A stretch of DNA of 64,000 bases from a candidate division FCPU426 bacterium. Lineage in GTDB: Bacteria; Oederibacteriota; JAAXVQ01; JAUVAV01. Under the pieces are notes generated by a model. The model worked only from the letters and a program-made list of their open reading frames with translations. It did no database searches and was not told the DNA's origin. Position 1 is the first letter of the stretch, and every line of letters starts with the position of its first letter. Shown here in pieces: positions 1 to 11,014 of the stretch. The stretch is taken from contig JBFLYH010000001.1 of NCBI GenBank assembly GCA_040756875.1, positions 416,001-480,000 of the forward strand, read 5' to 3'. Made by a program: the position numbers and the translations under genes.

Positions 1-1681
1 GTACAAGCGGGTGGACACCTGCGCGGCCGAGTTCGAGTCCTACACGCCGTACTGCTATTCAACGTACGAAGAAGAGAACGAAATGGGGCAGCCGTCGGCC
101 AAGCCCAAGATCGTGATCCTGGGCAGCGGGCCGAACCGCATCGGCCAGGGCATCGAATTCGACTACTGCTGCTGCCACGCCTCGTTTTCGCTCCGCGACC
201 TCGGGTTCGAGACCATCATGGTCAATTCCAACCCTGAGACCGTGTCCACGGACTACGATACCTCGGACAAGCTCTACTTCGAGCCGCTTACACTCGAGGA
301 CATCCTGAACATCCTGGACCTGGAGCAGCCGCTGGGCGTGATCGTCCAGTTCGGCGGGCAGACGCCGCTGAACCTCGCGCGCCGGCTCGCGGACGCGGGC
401 GCGCCCATTCTCGGCACGCCGGTGGCCGCCATCGAACGCGCCGAGGACCGCGACCTGTTCGCCCAGCTGCTGCGGGAACTGCGCCTCAACCAGCCCGACA
501 ACGCCATCGCCCGCTCGGCGGGCGAGGTGCGCGACAAGGCCGCGGCCATCGGCTACCCGGTGCTGGTGCGCCCCTCGTTCGTGCTGGGCGGCCGGGCCAT
601 GCGCATCGTCTACGACGCCGAATCCCTGATGGAGTTCGTGCAGGAGGCGTTCGACGCCGCGCAGGGCCAGCCGGTCCTGATCGACAAATTCCTCGAGGAC
701 GCCATCGAGGTGGACGTGGACGCGGTCTGCGACGGCCGCCGGACCGTGGTCGCGGGCATTATGGAGCACATCGAGGAAGCGGGCATCCATTCCGGCGATT
801 CGGCCTGCGTGCTGCCGCCGCACACCCTGTCCGAAAACCAGATCGCCCGCATCAAGGCGGACACGGACCGCATCGCCCTGGCCTTGGGCGTGCGCGGGCT
901 CCTGAACATCCAGTTCGCCATCCGCCACGGCCAGCTGTTCGTGCTGGAAGTCAATCCCCGCGCCTCGCGCACCGTGCCCTTCGTCTCCAAGGCCACGGGC
1001 AAACCCTGGGCCAAGATCGCCTCGGCGATCATGGCCGGAAAGACCCTCGACGACCTGGGCGTGCAGGAGCCGGCCCTGGGCGCCTACTTTGCGGTCAAGG
1101 AATCCGTGCTGCCTTTCTCGCGCTTTTCGGGCGTGGACATCCACTTGGGCCCGGAAATGAAATCCACGGGCGAGGTCATGGGCCTGGACGCCTCCTTCGG
1201 CATGGCGTTCGCCAAGTCCCAGGCCGCAGCCGGCCAGACCCTGCCCACCTCGGGCCGGGTGTTCCTGACCGTGCGCGACGACGACAAGCGCAGCGTGGTC
1301 TTTCTCGCCAAGAAGCTGGTGGACCTGGGGTTCTCCCTGGTCTCCACGCCCGGGACGTACAAGGCGCTGCGCAGCAACAACATCGCCGCCGAGCGCATGG
1401 ACAAGATCGGGCAGGGAGCGCGCAGCGTGCTGGACGAGATCCGCGAAGGGAAGATCCAATTGATCATCAACACGCCTTTCGGGCCCGTGGGCCGCGACCA
1501 CGTGAAACCCATCGGCACCGCGGCCGTGGCCAGGGGCATTCCCTGCATCACCACCCTGCAGGGCGCCGAAGCGGCGGTCAACGGCATCGAAACGCTGAAA
1601 GCCATGACGCTCACGGTCACGCCGCTGCAAGAGTGGCATGCAGAGGCGCGCGCCGCCTCTGCGGAGCAGCAGAGCAGGTGA
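1..1681 (+). CDS. carB: Carbamoyl-phosphate synthase large subunit, C-terminal half (5' end outside window)
   Basis: YKRVDTCAAEF, GSGPNRIGQGIEFDYCC, VRPSFVLGGRAM, EVNPRASRTVPFVSKA, LGPEMKSTGEVMG, C-terminal MGS-like domain; frame open at the window edge. Confidence 0.98.
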   Translation, partial: YKRVDTCAAEFESYTPYCYSTYEEENEMGQPSAKPKIVILGSGPNRIGQGIEFDYCCCHASFSLRDLGFETIMVNSNPETVSTDYDTSDKLYFEPLTLEDILNILDLEQPLGVIVQFGGQTPLNLARRLADAGAPILGTPVAAIERAEDRDLFAQLLRELRLNQPDNAIARSAGEVRDKAAAIGYPVLVRPSFVLGGRAMRIVYDAESLMEFVQEAFDAAQGQPVLIDKFLEDAIEVDVDAVCDGRRTVVAGIMEHIEEAGIHSGDSACVLPPHTLSENQIARIKADTDRIALALGVRGLLNIQFAIRHGQLFVLEVNPRASRTVPFVSKATGKPWAKIASAIMAGKTLDDLGVQEPALGAYFAVKESVLPFSRFSGVDIHLGPEMKSTGEVMGLDASFGMAFAKSQAAAGQTLPTSGRVFLTVRDDDKRSVVFLAKKLVDLGFSLVSTPGTYKALRSNNIAAERMDKIGQGARSVLDEIREGKIQLIINTPFGPVGRDHVKPIGTAAVARGIPCITTLQGAEAAVNGIETLKAMTLTVTPLQEWHAEARAASAEQQSR

Positions 1682-1782
1682 GCAGGCAGACCTTAAAATA
1701 ACCGGAAATTTTGCGCAGGACAGGGACGCATGGGGGGGCCAGGCAACCCTGGTCTTATGGGAAAGCAGAGGCATTTATAATA

Positions 1783-4700
1783 ATGAAGAAAAAGCTCTCG
1801 GATTTTACGGATTTCAAGGGTTTAAATGCCGCGGGGTTCGCGCCGAAACAGGGGCTGTATGACCCTCAATACGAACGCGACAGCTGCGGCATCGGCCTGA
1901 TTGCGCACCTGGACAACCAGCCGCGCCACGAACTGGTCGAGAACGCGGTCAAAATCCTCGTGAACCTCGAACACCGCGGGGCCGTGGGCGGAGACAAAGC
2001 CACGGGAGACGGCGCGGGACTGCTGCTGCAGATGCCGGACGCCTTTTTCCGCCAGGAGTCGGCGAAACTCAAAATCAATCTGCCGCCGGCCGGCCGGTAC
2101 GGAGTGGCCATGTGCTTTCTGCCCACGGAGCCGGCCTTGAACCGCCGCTGCCGCGAAGCCCTGGAGCGGACCGCACAGGACGAGGGCCTGGCCGTGCTGG
2201 GCTGGCGTTCGGTGCCCGTGGCCGCGGACCATCTGGGCGAATTTTCCCGCGCCACCCGGCCGGACATCGCCCAACTCTTTGTGGCCTGGAACGGCGGCGC
2301 CAAAGACGCCCAGCCCGACGCCCTGGAACGCAAGCTCTACATCGTCCGCCGGCTGGCGGAGAAGGAAGTGGCCGGCTGGTCGGACGCCGATTTTTCGCAG
2401 TTCTACCTGCCCAGCTTTTCCTGCCGCACCATCGTCTACAAGGGCATGCTGACCGGCACGCAACTCCTTACCTTCTATCTGGATCTGCATGAACCCGTCT
2501 TCCAGGCTGCCTTTGCGCTGGTGCACCAGCGCTACAGCACTAACACCCTGCCGACCTGGAGCCTGGCCCAGCCGTTCCGCTACCTGGCGCACAACGGCGA
2601 GATCAACACCCTGCGCGGCAACGTCAACCGCATGCGCGCCCGCGAAGCGCAGATGGTTTCGGAGCTGTTCGGCGCGGACCTTGACAAGCTCAAGCCCGTG
2701 ATCGTGGAAGGCGGCTCGGACTCGGCCATGCTGGACAACGCCCTGGAACTGGTGGTGGCCGGGGGCCGCTCGCTGCCGCACGCGCTCATGATGATGATCC
2801 CCGAGGCCTGGGGCGCCAAGTACCACATGAGCGAGGACAAGCGCGCCTTTTACGAGTTCCACTCCGCGTTCATGGAGCCCTGGGACGGCCCGGCCGCGGT
2901 GGTGGTCACCGACGGACGCTACATCGGCGGCGTACTCGACCGCAACGGCCTGCGCCCCTGCCGCTACTCCGTGACCAAGGACGGCCTGATCGTAATGGCC
3001 TCGGAGACCGGGGTGCTCGAGTTCCCGCCGGACCAGATCCGCCAGAAAGGGCGCCTGCAGCCCGGAAAAATGTTCCTGGTGGACCTGGCCGAGCACCGCA
3101 TCGTGCCGGACCCTGAAATCAAGGCCCGGATTGCGCGCCAGCAGCCGTACCGCAAATGGGTGAAAGAGAACCGCCTCCAGCTGCGCGGGCTCTTCGAGCC
3201 GGCCGAAAATCCGGCGCTCGATCCGGACCGGCTGTTGCGCTACCAGCACGCCTTCGGTTACAACGAAGAGGAACTGAAGATGGTCCTCGCGCCCATGGCC
3301 GGCAACAGCCAGGAAGCCGTGGGCTCCATGGGCAACGACGCGGCCCTGGCCGTGCTCTCCAGCCGGCCGCAGCTCCTGTTCCATTATTTCAAACAGCTCT
3401 TCGCCCAGGTGACCAATCCGCCGATCGACCCCCTGCGCGAGGAACTGGTCATGTCGCTCATGAGTTTCGTGGGCCGGCAGCAGAACCTCCTGGCCGAAAC
3501 GCCCCAGCACTGCCGCCAGTTGAAACTGCACCAGCCCGTGCTCACGCCCGAGGACTTGGAACGGATCCGCCGCAATCCGCGCTCCGAACTCAAGACCGTG
3601 GATTTGGACATCCTGTTTTCGCCCGGCGGGGGCGGGAAGGGGTTGGAACGGGCGCTGGACGAGTTGTTTGCGCGGGCCGAAGCCGCGATCGCGGACGGCG
3701 CCTCGCTGCTGGTCCTGACCGACCGCAACCTGGACGCCCAGCGCGCGCCGATCCCGTCGCTGCTCGCGGTTTCGGGCCTGCACCATCACCTCATCCGGCG
3801 CGGCCTGCGCACCCTGGCCGGCATCCTGGTGGAGACCGGCGAGGCCCGCGAAGTGATCCATTTCGCGCTGCTTTCGGCCTTCGGCGCCAACGCGGTCTGC
3901 CCGTACGCGGCGTTCGCCACGGTGCACGACCTGGCGGAGCGCAGGCTGCTGGACCGCAGCCTCACGCCCGAGGAGGCGATGGACGCCTACGTTACCGCGG
4001 TGAAGAAGGGCCTGCTCAAGACCTTCAGCCGCATGGGCATTTCCACCATCCGCAGCTTTTTCGGCTCGCAGATTTTCGAGGCGGTCGGGCTCTCTTCGCA
4101 GCTGGTCGAACGCTATTTCACCAACACCGCCTCGCGCGTGGAGGGCATCGGCCTGGAGGAAATCGCGGCCGAGACCGCGGCGCGCCACGCGGCCGCTTTC
4201 CCGCCGGCCGGAGCCCCGTCGTCCGTGCTGGACGTGGGCGGCCAGTACCACCTGCGCGAGGGCGGGGAAAAGCACCTGTGGACGCCCGAGTCCATCTGCC
4301 AGTTCCAGACGGCCGTGCGCAACGACGATTACCAGGCGTTCAAAGCCTACAGCCGGCTGATCGACGACCAGTCGCGCGAGCGGGCCACCCTGCGCAGCCT
4401 GATCGGCTTGAAGCCCGGGCAACCGGTGCCGCTGGCCGAGGTCGAACCCGTGGAGGCCATCACCCGGCGCTTCGTGACCGCGGCCATGTCGTTCGGCTCC
4501 ATTTCCAAGGAAGCGCACGAGGACATCGCCGTGGCCTTGAACCGCGTGGGCGGCCGCAGCAATTCCGGCGAGGGCGGGGAGGACCCGGCGCGCTTCAAAC
4601 CCCTGCCCAACGGCGATTCCAAGCGTTCGGCCACCAAACAGGTGGCCTCGGGCCGGTTCGGCGTCACCACGCAGTACCTGGTCAACGCCGACGAACTGCA

Positions 4701-6390
4701 GATCAAGATGGCCCAGGGCGCCAAGCCGGGCGAAGGCGGGCAGCTGCCCGGCCACAAAGTGTCCGAGGAGATCGCCCGCGTGCGCCATACGACGCCGGGC
4801 GTCACCCTGATTTCGCCGCCGCCGCACCACGACATTTATTCCATCGAGGACCTGGCCCAGCTGATCTACGACCTCAAGATCGTGAATCCCGAAGCCCGGG
4901 TTTCGGTCAAACTGGTGTCCGAAGTCGGCGTGGGCACGATCGCAGCCGGCGTGGCCAAGGCCAAGGCCGACATGGTCCTGATTTCGGGCTACGACGGCGG
5001 CACCGGCGCCTCGCCCCTCACGGCCATCAAGCACACCGGATTGCCGTGGGAGCTGGGCCTGTCGGAAACCCAGCAGGCCCTGGTGGGGAACCAGTTGCGC
5101 GACCGCATCCGCGTGCAGGTGGACGGCCAGCTCAAGACCGGCCGCGACCTGGCCATCGCCGCGCTCATGGGCGCCGAGGAGTTTGGTTTCGGCACGACGG
5201 CTTTAGTGGCCGTCGGCTGCATCATGATGCGCAAATGCCACCTGAACAACTGCCCGGTGGGCGTGGCCACCCAGGATCCGGTGCTGCGCGCGCGCTACGC
5301 CGGCAAGCCGGAATACGTGGTCCGCTTCCTGCGTTTTATCGCCCAGGAGCTGCGCGAATACATGGCCCAGCTGGGTTTCCGCACGCTGGAGGAAATGATC
5401 GGGCGTTCGGACTTGCTGGAATTCAAGCCCGCGGTCGACCACTACAAGGCCAAAGGCCTGGATTATACGTCCCTGCTCGCCCCGGCCAAGGGTGAAAACC
5501 GCCGCTGCACCCGGACCCAGGACCATGCCCTGGACCGCGCCTTTGACCGCGAACTGATCAAACATGCCCAGCCGGCTTTGGAACGGCGCGAAAAGGTCGA
5601 GGTCTCCCTGCCCATCCGCAACGTACACCGCACGGCCGGCGCCATGCTTTCCGGCGAAATCGTGAAGCGCCACGGCGTCCAGGGCCTGCCGGAAGGCACG
5701 CTCCGCTTCCGTTTCACGGGTTCGGCCGGGCAAAGCTTCGGGGCCTTTCTGGCTCCGGGCGTGGAATTCCTGGTCGAAGGCGACGCCAACGATTACCTGG
5801 GCAAGGGCATGTCCGGCGGACGGATCGTGATCAAACCCCGGGCGGGCTCGGCCTTCGTGCCCGAGGAAAACATCATCGCAGGCAACGTGATCCTCTACGG
5901 CGCCACGGGCGGGGAAGTCTTTCTCCGCGGCCTGGCCGGCGAACGGTTCTGCGTGCGCAATTCCGGGGCCGTGGCCGTGGTCGAGGGCGTGGGCGATCAT
6001 GGCTGCGAATACATGACCGGCGGCTGCGTGGTGGTCATCGGCCCCACGGGCGTGAATTTCGCGGCCGGCATGAGCGGCGGCGTGGCCTACGTGTACGACG
6101 AATCCGAACTGTTCGACACGCGCTGCAACCTGGACATGGTGGACCTGGAGAGCGTGAAAAGCGCCAAGGACCAGCAGCGCCTGCGCGCCCTGCTGGAAGC
6201 GCATGTGCGCCACACGGACAGCGCCCGGGCCAAGGCGATCCTGGACAACTGGGAAACCCGCCTGCCGCTGTTCGTCAAGGTCATGCCCATTGATTACAAG
6301 CGCGTGCTGGAGCGCATGGGGCAGCGGGAGTTCGCGGACACGGAGACCGTTTCCGCCACGGAGGAAGTGTACGCGGAAGTGAAAAAATAA
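1783..6390 (+). CDS. gltB: Glutamate synthase large subunit
   Basis: ERDSCGIG N-terminal nucleophile Cys, HQRYSTNT, HNGEINT, QGAKPGEGGQLPG, CIMMRKCHLNNCPVG 3Fe-4S motif; ATG at 1783 preferred over the ORF-track start 1711. Confidence 0.98.
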   Translation: MKKKLSDFTDFKGLNAAGFAPKQGLYDPQYERDSCGIGLIAHLDNQPRHELVENAVKILVNLEHRGAVGGDKATGDGAGLLLQMPDAFFRQESAKLKINLPPAGRYGVAMCFLPTEPALNRRCREALERTAQDEGLAVLGWRSVPVAADHLGEFSRATRPDIAQLFVAWNGGAKDAQPDALERKLYIVRRLAEKEVAGWSDADFSQFYLPSFSCRTIVYKGMLTGTQLLTFYLDLHEPVFQAAFALVHQRYSTNTLPTWSLAQPFRYLAHNGEINTLRGNVNRMRAREAQMVSELFGADLDKLKPVIVEGGSDSAMLDNALELVVAGGRSLPHALMMMIPEAWGAKYHMSEDKRAFYEFHSAFMEPWDGPAAVVVTDGRYIGGVLDRNGLRPCRYSVTKDGLIVMASETGVLEFPPDQIRQKGRLQPGKMFLVDLAEHRIVPDPEIKARIARQQPYRKWVKENRLQLRGLFEPAENPALDPDRLLRYQHAFGYNEEELKMVLAPMAGNSQEAVGSMGNDAALAVLSSRPQLLFHYFKQLFAQVTNPPIDPLREELVMSLMSFVGRQQNLLAETPQHCRQLKLHQPVLTPEDLERIRRNPRSELKTVDLDILFSPGGGGKGLERALDELFARAEAAIADGASLLVLTDRNLDAQRAPIPSLLAVSGLHHHLIRRGLRTLAGILVETGEAREVIHFALLSAFGANAVCPYAAFATVHDLAERRLLDRSLTPEEAMDAYVTAVKKGLLKTFSRMGISTIRSFFGSQIFEAVGLSSQLVERYFTNTASRVEGIGLEEIAAETAARHAAAFPPAGAPSSVLDVGGQYHLREGGEKHLWTPESICQFQTAVRNDDYQAFKAYSRLIDDQSRERATLRSLIGLKPGQPVPLAEVEPVEAITRRFVTAAMSFGSISKEAHEDIAVALNRVGGRSNSGEGGEDPARFKPLPNGDSKRSATKQVASGRFGVTTQYLVNADELQIKMAQGAKPGEGGQLPGHKVSEEIARVRHTTPGVTLISPPPHHDIYSIEDLAQLIYDLKIVNPEARVSVKLVSEVGVGTIAAGVAKAKADMVLISGYDGGTGASPLTAIKHTGLPWELGLSETQQALVGNQLRDRIRVQVDGQLKTGRDLAIAALMGAEEFGFGTTALVAVGCIMMRKCHLNNCPVGVATQDPVLRARYAGKPEYVVRFLRFIAQELREYMAQLGFRTLEEMIGRSDLLEFKPAVDHYKAKGLDYTSLLAPAKGENRRCTRTQDHALDRAFDRELIKHAQPALERREKVEVSLPIRNVHRTAGAMLSGEIVKRHGVQGLPEGTLRFRFTGSAGQSFGAFLAPGVEFLVEGDANDYLGKGMSGGRIVIKPRAGSAFVPEENIIAGNVILYGATGGEVFLRGLAGERFCVRNSGAVAVVEGVGDHGCEYMTGGCVVVIGPTGVNFAAGMSGGVAYVYDESELFDTRCNLDMVDLESVKSAKDQQRLRALLEAHVRHTDSARAKAILDNWETRLPLFVKVMPIDYKRVLERMGQREFADTETVSATEEVYAEVKK

Positions 6391-6441
6391 TGCTGGCTTT
6401 TCGGACCCGTCCGACACGGCTGAACCATCAAACCGAATGAT

Positions 6442-6469
6442 GTAGGGGCGTTCAATTGAACGCCCCTAC
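6442..6469. repeat. 28-bp perfect palindrome, GTAG-type REP-like element
   Basis: GTAGGGGCGTTCAATTGAACGCCCCTAC equals its own reverse complement; lies in the gltB-gltD spacer. Confidence 0.75.
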
Positions 6470-6483
6470 CGGAAGGAATCAAA

Positions 6484-7902
6484 ATGGCCAAACCAACCGG
6501 ATTTTTGGAATACGCCCGCCAGGACCCGCCCAAGCGGCCGGTGGACGAGCGCGTTCATGACTACCGCGAAGTCGAACAGACGCTCAGCCCCGCGGACCTG
6601 GAACGGCAGGCCGCGCGCTGCATGGACTGCGGCGTGCCCAGCTGCCACGCCTTCGGATGCCCGGTGAAGAACCTGATCCCGGACTGGAACGACATGATCT
6701 ACCGCGGGCATTGGCGGCGCGCGCTCGAGCTTTTGCACCACACCAACAATTTGCCTGAAGTCACGGGACGCATCTGTCCCGCGCCCTGCGAGGCGGCCTG
6801 CACCCTGTCCATCAACCAGAAGCCGGTCACCATCCGCCACATCGAGCTCCAGATCGTGGAACGCGGCTGGCGCGAGGGCTGGATCAAGCCCCTGCATCCT
6901 GCCCGCAAAACCGGCAAGAAAGTGGCGGTCATCGGTTCGGGCCCGGCCGGCCTGGCCGCGGCCCAGCAGCTGGCCCGGGCCGGGCACGACGTCACCCTCT
7001 TCGAAAAAACCGACCGCATCGGCGGCCTGCTCCGGTACGGAATTCCGGATTTCAAGCTGGAAAAGGGCATTTTGGACCGCCGCGTGGACCAGATGCGCTC
7101 CGAAGGCGTGTGGTTCGAAACCAAGGTCAACGCGGGCGTGGACATCACCGCAGCCGAACTCCGGGAACGGTTTCACGCAATCCTGATCGCCGCGGGCGCA
7201 GGCGTGCCCCGCGACCTGAAGGTGCCGGGCCGCGAATTGTCCGGCGTGCACTTTGCCCTGGAACTGCTCGGCCAGCAGAACCGCCTGGTGGCCGGCGACC
7301 AGATCTCTCCGGAGCAGCTGATTTCGGCCAAAGGCAAGCACGTGGTCGTGATCGGCGGCGGCGACACGGGCGCGGATTGCATCGGCACCAGCCGCCGGCA
7401 CGGCGCGGCTTCGATCACCCAGATCGAGCTGCTGTGCGCGCCGCCCTCGGAACGCGCGGCGACCAATCCCTGGCCCACCTGGCCGCAGATCATGCGCACC
7501 AGCACGTCGCATGAAGAGGGCTGCGAGCGCCTGTGGAGCGTCGGCACCAAGGAAATGGCGGGGCGCAACGGCAAGGTCACCGGCTTGAAATGCGTCAAAC
7601 TCGACTGGACGGACGCCAAGGCGTGCAAAGAAATCGACGGCTCCGAGTTCGAGCTCAAGGCCGATTTGGTGCTCCTGGCCATGGGCTTCGTGCACGTGGA
7701 GCACGGCCCGCTGGTGCAGGACCTGAAGCTGGAAACAGACCCGCGCGGCAACCTCAAGGTGAACATGGACTTCATGACCAGCACGCCCGGCGTCTTTGCG
7801 GCAGGCGACGCGGAAATGGGAGCCTCCCTGGTCGTGCGCGCGATATACCGGGGAAGGCAAGCGGCCGAAAAAATAAATCAATACTTGGCAAAACGCAGCT
7901 AG
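6484..7902 (+). CDS. gltD: Glutamate synthase small subunit
   Basis: MAKPTGFLEY, RCMDCGVPSC..GCP, GRICPAPCE..C, GSGPAGL, IGGGDTG.DC, AGD...GASLVV.AI..GR.AA. Confidence 0.97.
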   Translation: MAKPTGFLEYARQDPPKRPVDERVHDYREVEQTLSPADLERQAARCMDCGVPSCHAFGCPVKNLIPDWNDMIYRGHWRRALELLHHTNNLPEVTGRICPAPCEAACTLSINQKPVTIRHIELQIVERGWREGWIKPLHPARKTGKKVAVIGSGPAGLAAAQQLARAGHDVTLFEKTDRIGGLLRYGIPDFKLEKGILDRRVDQMRSEGVWFETKVNAGVDITAAELRERFHAILIAAGAGVPRDLKVPGRELSGVHFALELLGQQNRLVAGDQISPEQLISAKGKHVVVIGGGDTGADCIGTSRRHGAASITQIELLCAPPSERAATNPWPTWPQIMRTSTSHEEGCERLWSVGTKEMAGRNGKVTGLKCVKLDWTDAKACKEIDGSEFELKADLVLLAMGFVHVEHGPLVQDLKLETDPRGNLKVNMDFMTSTPGVFAAGDAEMGASLVVRAIYRGRQAAEKINQYLAKRS

Positions 7903-7942
7903 TCCCTCGGCGCCGGAGGCGCAAATATATCAAACCGGTCGG

Positions 7943-8038
7943 GGCGACGCGGAAATGGGCGCTTCGCTGGTGGTGCGAGCGATATATAGGGGAAGGCAAG
8001 CGGCTGAAAGGGTCAACCGTTACCTGGCTGCCCGGTAG
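7943..8038 (+). pseudogene. Duplicated 3' fragment of gltD (31 codons plus stop)
   Basis: Translates GDAEMGASLVVRAIYRGRQAAERVNRYLAAR*, versus gltD 7804-7902 GDAEMGASLVVRAIYRGRQAAEKINQYLAKRS*. Confidence 0.85.
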
Positions 8039-8087
8039 TCTTCTCTCGTTCAGAATCGCTTGGGAATGCATGGGAGGGCGCAGTCCG

Positions 8088-8570
8088 GTGCCGATTTCCA
8101 GCCGGCAAGATGAAAATTTCATGCGCCTGGCCATTGCCAAGGCCCGCCAAGGCGTGGCCAAAGGCCAGACGCCCTTTGGAGCGGTCATCGTATACCGGGG
8201 AAAACCCGTGGCCGCGGCGCACAACCAGGTCTGGCGGCGCACGGACATCACCGCCCACGCGGAAATGACGGCCCTGCGCCAGGCTTGCCGCCGGTTAAAG
8301 ACCCTCCATCTGTCCGGGGCAACCGTTTATTCCACCTGCGAACCCTGCCCCATGTGCCTCAGCGCCTGCCATTGGGCCCGCATCGGCCGGATCGTTTACG
8401 GCGCATCCATCTCCGATGCGGCGGGATTCGGCTTCAACGAACTGCGGATTTCCAACCAAACCATGCTGCGCCTGGGAAAGTCGCGCATCCGCCTGGCGCC
8501 GGGAGTGCTGCGCGGCGACTGCTTGCAGGTGTTCGGCGAATGGAAGCGAAAACACCCGAAAGCATATTGA
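8088..8570 (+). CDS. Zinc-dependent nucleoside/guanine deaminase (CDA superfamily)
   Basis: PFGAVIV, HAE, CEPCPMC, WARI.RIVYG...DA..GF as in GuaD-type enzymes; GTG 8088 follows GGAGG (ATG 8070 is an alternative start). Confidence 0.88.
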   Translation: MPISSRQDENFMRLAIAKARQGVAKGQTPFGAVIVYRGKPVAAAHNQVWRRTDITAHAEMTALRQACRRLKTLHLSGATVYSTCEPCPMCLSACHWARIGRIVYGASISDAAGFGFNELRISNQTMLRLGKSRIRLAPGVLRGDCLQVFGEWKRKHPKAY

Positions 8571-8684
8571 TTCCGCCGGTCGGGAACGGGAAGCGTACCT
8601 CCTCGAATTGACTGGAAAAACCGAGGGCAGTTGCGCTATAAAGGTGGCACTGCCCATACGCCGGAACGGCCCTGGAGACAACTC

Positions 8685-9409
<725 letters not shown>

Positions 9410-9413
<4 letters not shown>

Positions 9414-10939
9414 GGCTGATCCTGAAAATCGCCTGGCGCAACCTGCTGCGCCACAAGGGCAAAAGCCTGGTGATCGGCGGCATTCTGTTCCTGGGCGCGC
9501 TGCTGATGACCGTGGGCAACGGCGTGATTTCAGGCATGGACCGCGGCATCGAACAAAACGTCGTCAACGGTTTTGTGGGCGATATTCTGGTCATATCGGA
9601 CAAACAGAAGTCCGACAATGTGCTCATCGACATGATGGGCTCGCTCATCGAACCCATCGCCAATTACCCCCAGATCAAACCGGTGCTGGCCGGCCTGCCC
9701 AACGTGGAATCGTTTCTGCCCGTGGGCAAAAACATGGGCATGGCGCTTTCCGACGACCCCAACGCCCAGCCCGGTTACATTTTTCTGCTCGGCGTGGATT
9801 TTGGCGTGTACCGGCGGATGTTTCCCGACAACATGTCCGCGCAGGAAGGGCGCCTGCTCGAACCCGGAGAGCCCGGGATCCTGGTTCCCAAGCACGCCCG
9901 GGAGCAGTTTTACAATTTTACCAACCGCTGGATCGTTCCCGAGGGCTGCAGCCTGGTGGAGGACAACCTGTCCAAGGACGCCAAGGAGAACCGGGCCGAC
10001 CTCCTGACCATGGACAGCGTGGTCATGATGGGGATGAATGTTGAAAACAGCTCCACCGACGTCCGTTTCCCGGTCAAAGGCATCATCAAGTACCGTGCCC
10101 TGGACACCATTCTCGGCCATTTCTGCATCACGGACATCGAATCCTACCGCGAATGCATGGGCTACTTTTCGGCTTCGGCGCAGAAGATACCGGTCGCCAA
10201 GGACAATCAGAACATCCTGGCCATGCAGGATTCCAACCTGGACGCGCTTTTCGCCTCCGACAACCTGATGGTCGACAACAACCGGCCAATGGTTCCGACT
10301 CCGGGCGCCGCGGCGGCGGCTTCCGCTCCCTTGACCGGCCAGGACATCGAGAGCGGCGTTTACAATCTCGTGTTCGTGAAGCTGAAAAACCACGGCCTCC
10401 AGGCGCAGACGCTGCAGGACCTCAACCGGGCCCTGGCCGAAGCGAAGACCGGCGCGCGCGCCATTTCCTGGAAAAAGGCCTTCGGGGTGATCGGCAGCAT
10501 GACCACGCTGATCAAAGGCGCGCTGACCCTCTTCGTCGGCTTTCTGTTCGTGGTGGCGATCATCATTATCATCAATACCCTGACCATGGCCGCCATGGAA
10601 CGGGTGCCTGAAATCGGAATGATGCGCGCCGTCGGCGCGCAAAAGCGGTTTATCCGCGCCATGTTTTTCGGCGAGACCGGCATGCTGGCCGCGGTTTTTG
10701 GCGGCGCCGGACTGCTCCTGGGCGCACTGACGGTCAATGTCATCACCCTGATGCACATCACCACCACCAATGATTTTGTGCAATTGCTCTATGGCGGGGA
10801 CACGTTCCGCCCCTTGCTCCGGTGGGGGGATCTCCTGGTCATCGTTGTGGAGATCGGGCTGGTGACGCTGATCGCGGCCCTGTATCCCGTGCGGGTGGCG
10901 AGCCAGATCAAACCCTTGGACGCGATTGCCCGTGACTGA
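9410..10939 (+). CDS. ABC transporter permease, LolC/E-FtsX family
   Basis: IAWRNLLRHK N-terminus, large periplasmic region, ERVPEIGMMRAVG, C-terminal TM helices, P.R.AS.IKPLDA; ATGA overlap with the ATPase gene. Confidence 0.92.
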
Positions 10940-11014
10940 CGGGCGTGCACCCGCTTTAACGAAAACGGTTTCTCCCCTCACGGGGGAGGGGCTTCATGAA
11001 AGGATTTTATCGTT

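Noticed and set aside
1682-1782. Glutamine riboswitch or attenuator upstream of gltB
   Set aside because: Only a short CCAGG/CCTGG hairpin; no match to the glnA motif that I can recognise.
59-7881. Long antisense or alternative-frame ORFs over carB and gltBD (e.g. 59-1774, 1822-5034, 3156-5495, 6466-7881)
   Set aside because: Typical high-GC shadow ORFs with no recognisable motifs, fully overlapping well-supported genes.
7804-8038. gltD tail repeat as a DGR template/variable repeat pair
   Set aside because: Mismatches are synonymous and not adenine-specific, and there is no reverse transcriptase in the window.
7533-8087. 345-aa ORF suggesting an N-terminally extended deaminase
   Set aside because: The extension overlaps gltD in another frame and looks non-coding; the deaminase domain starts near 8088.
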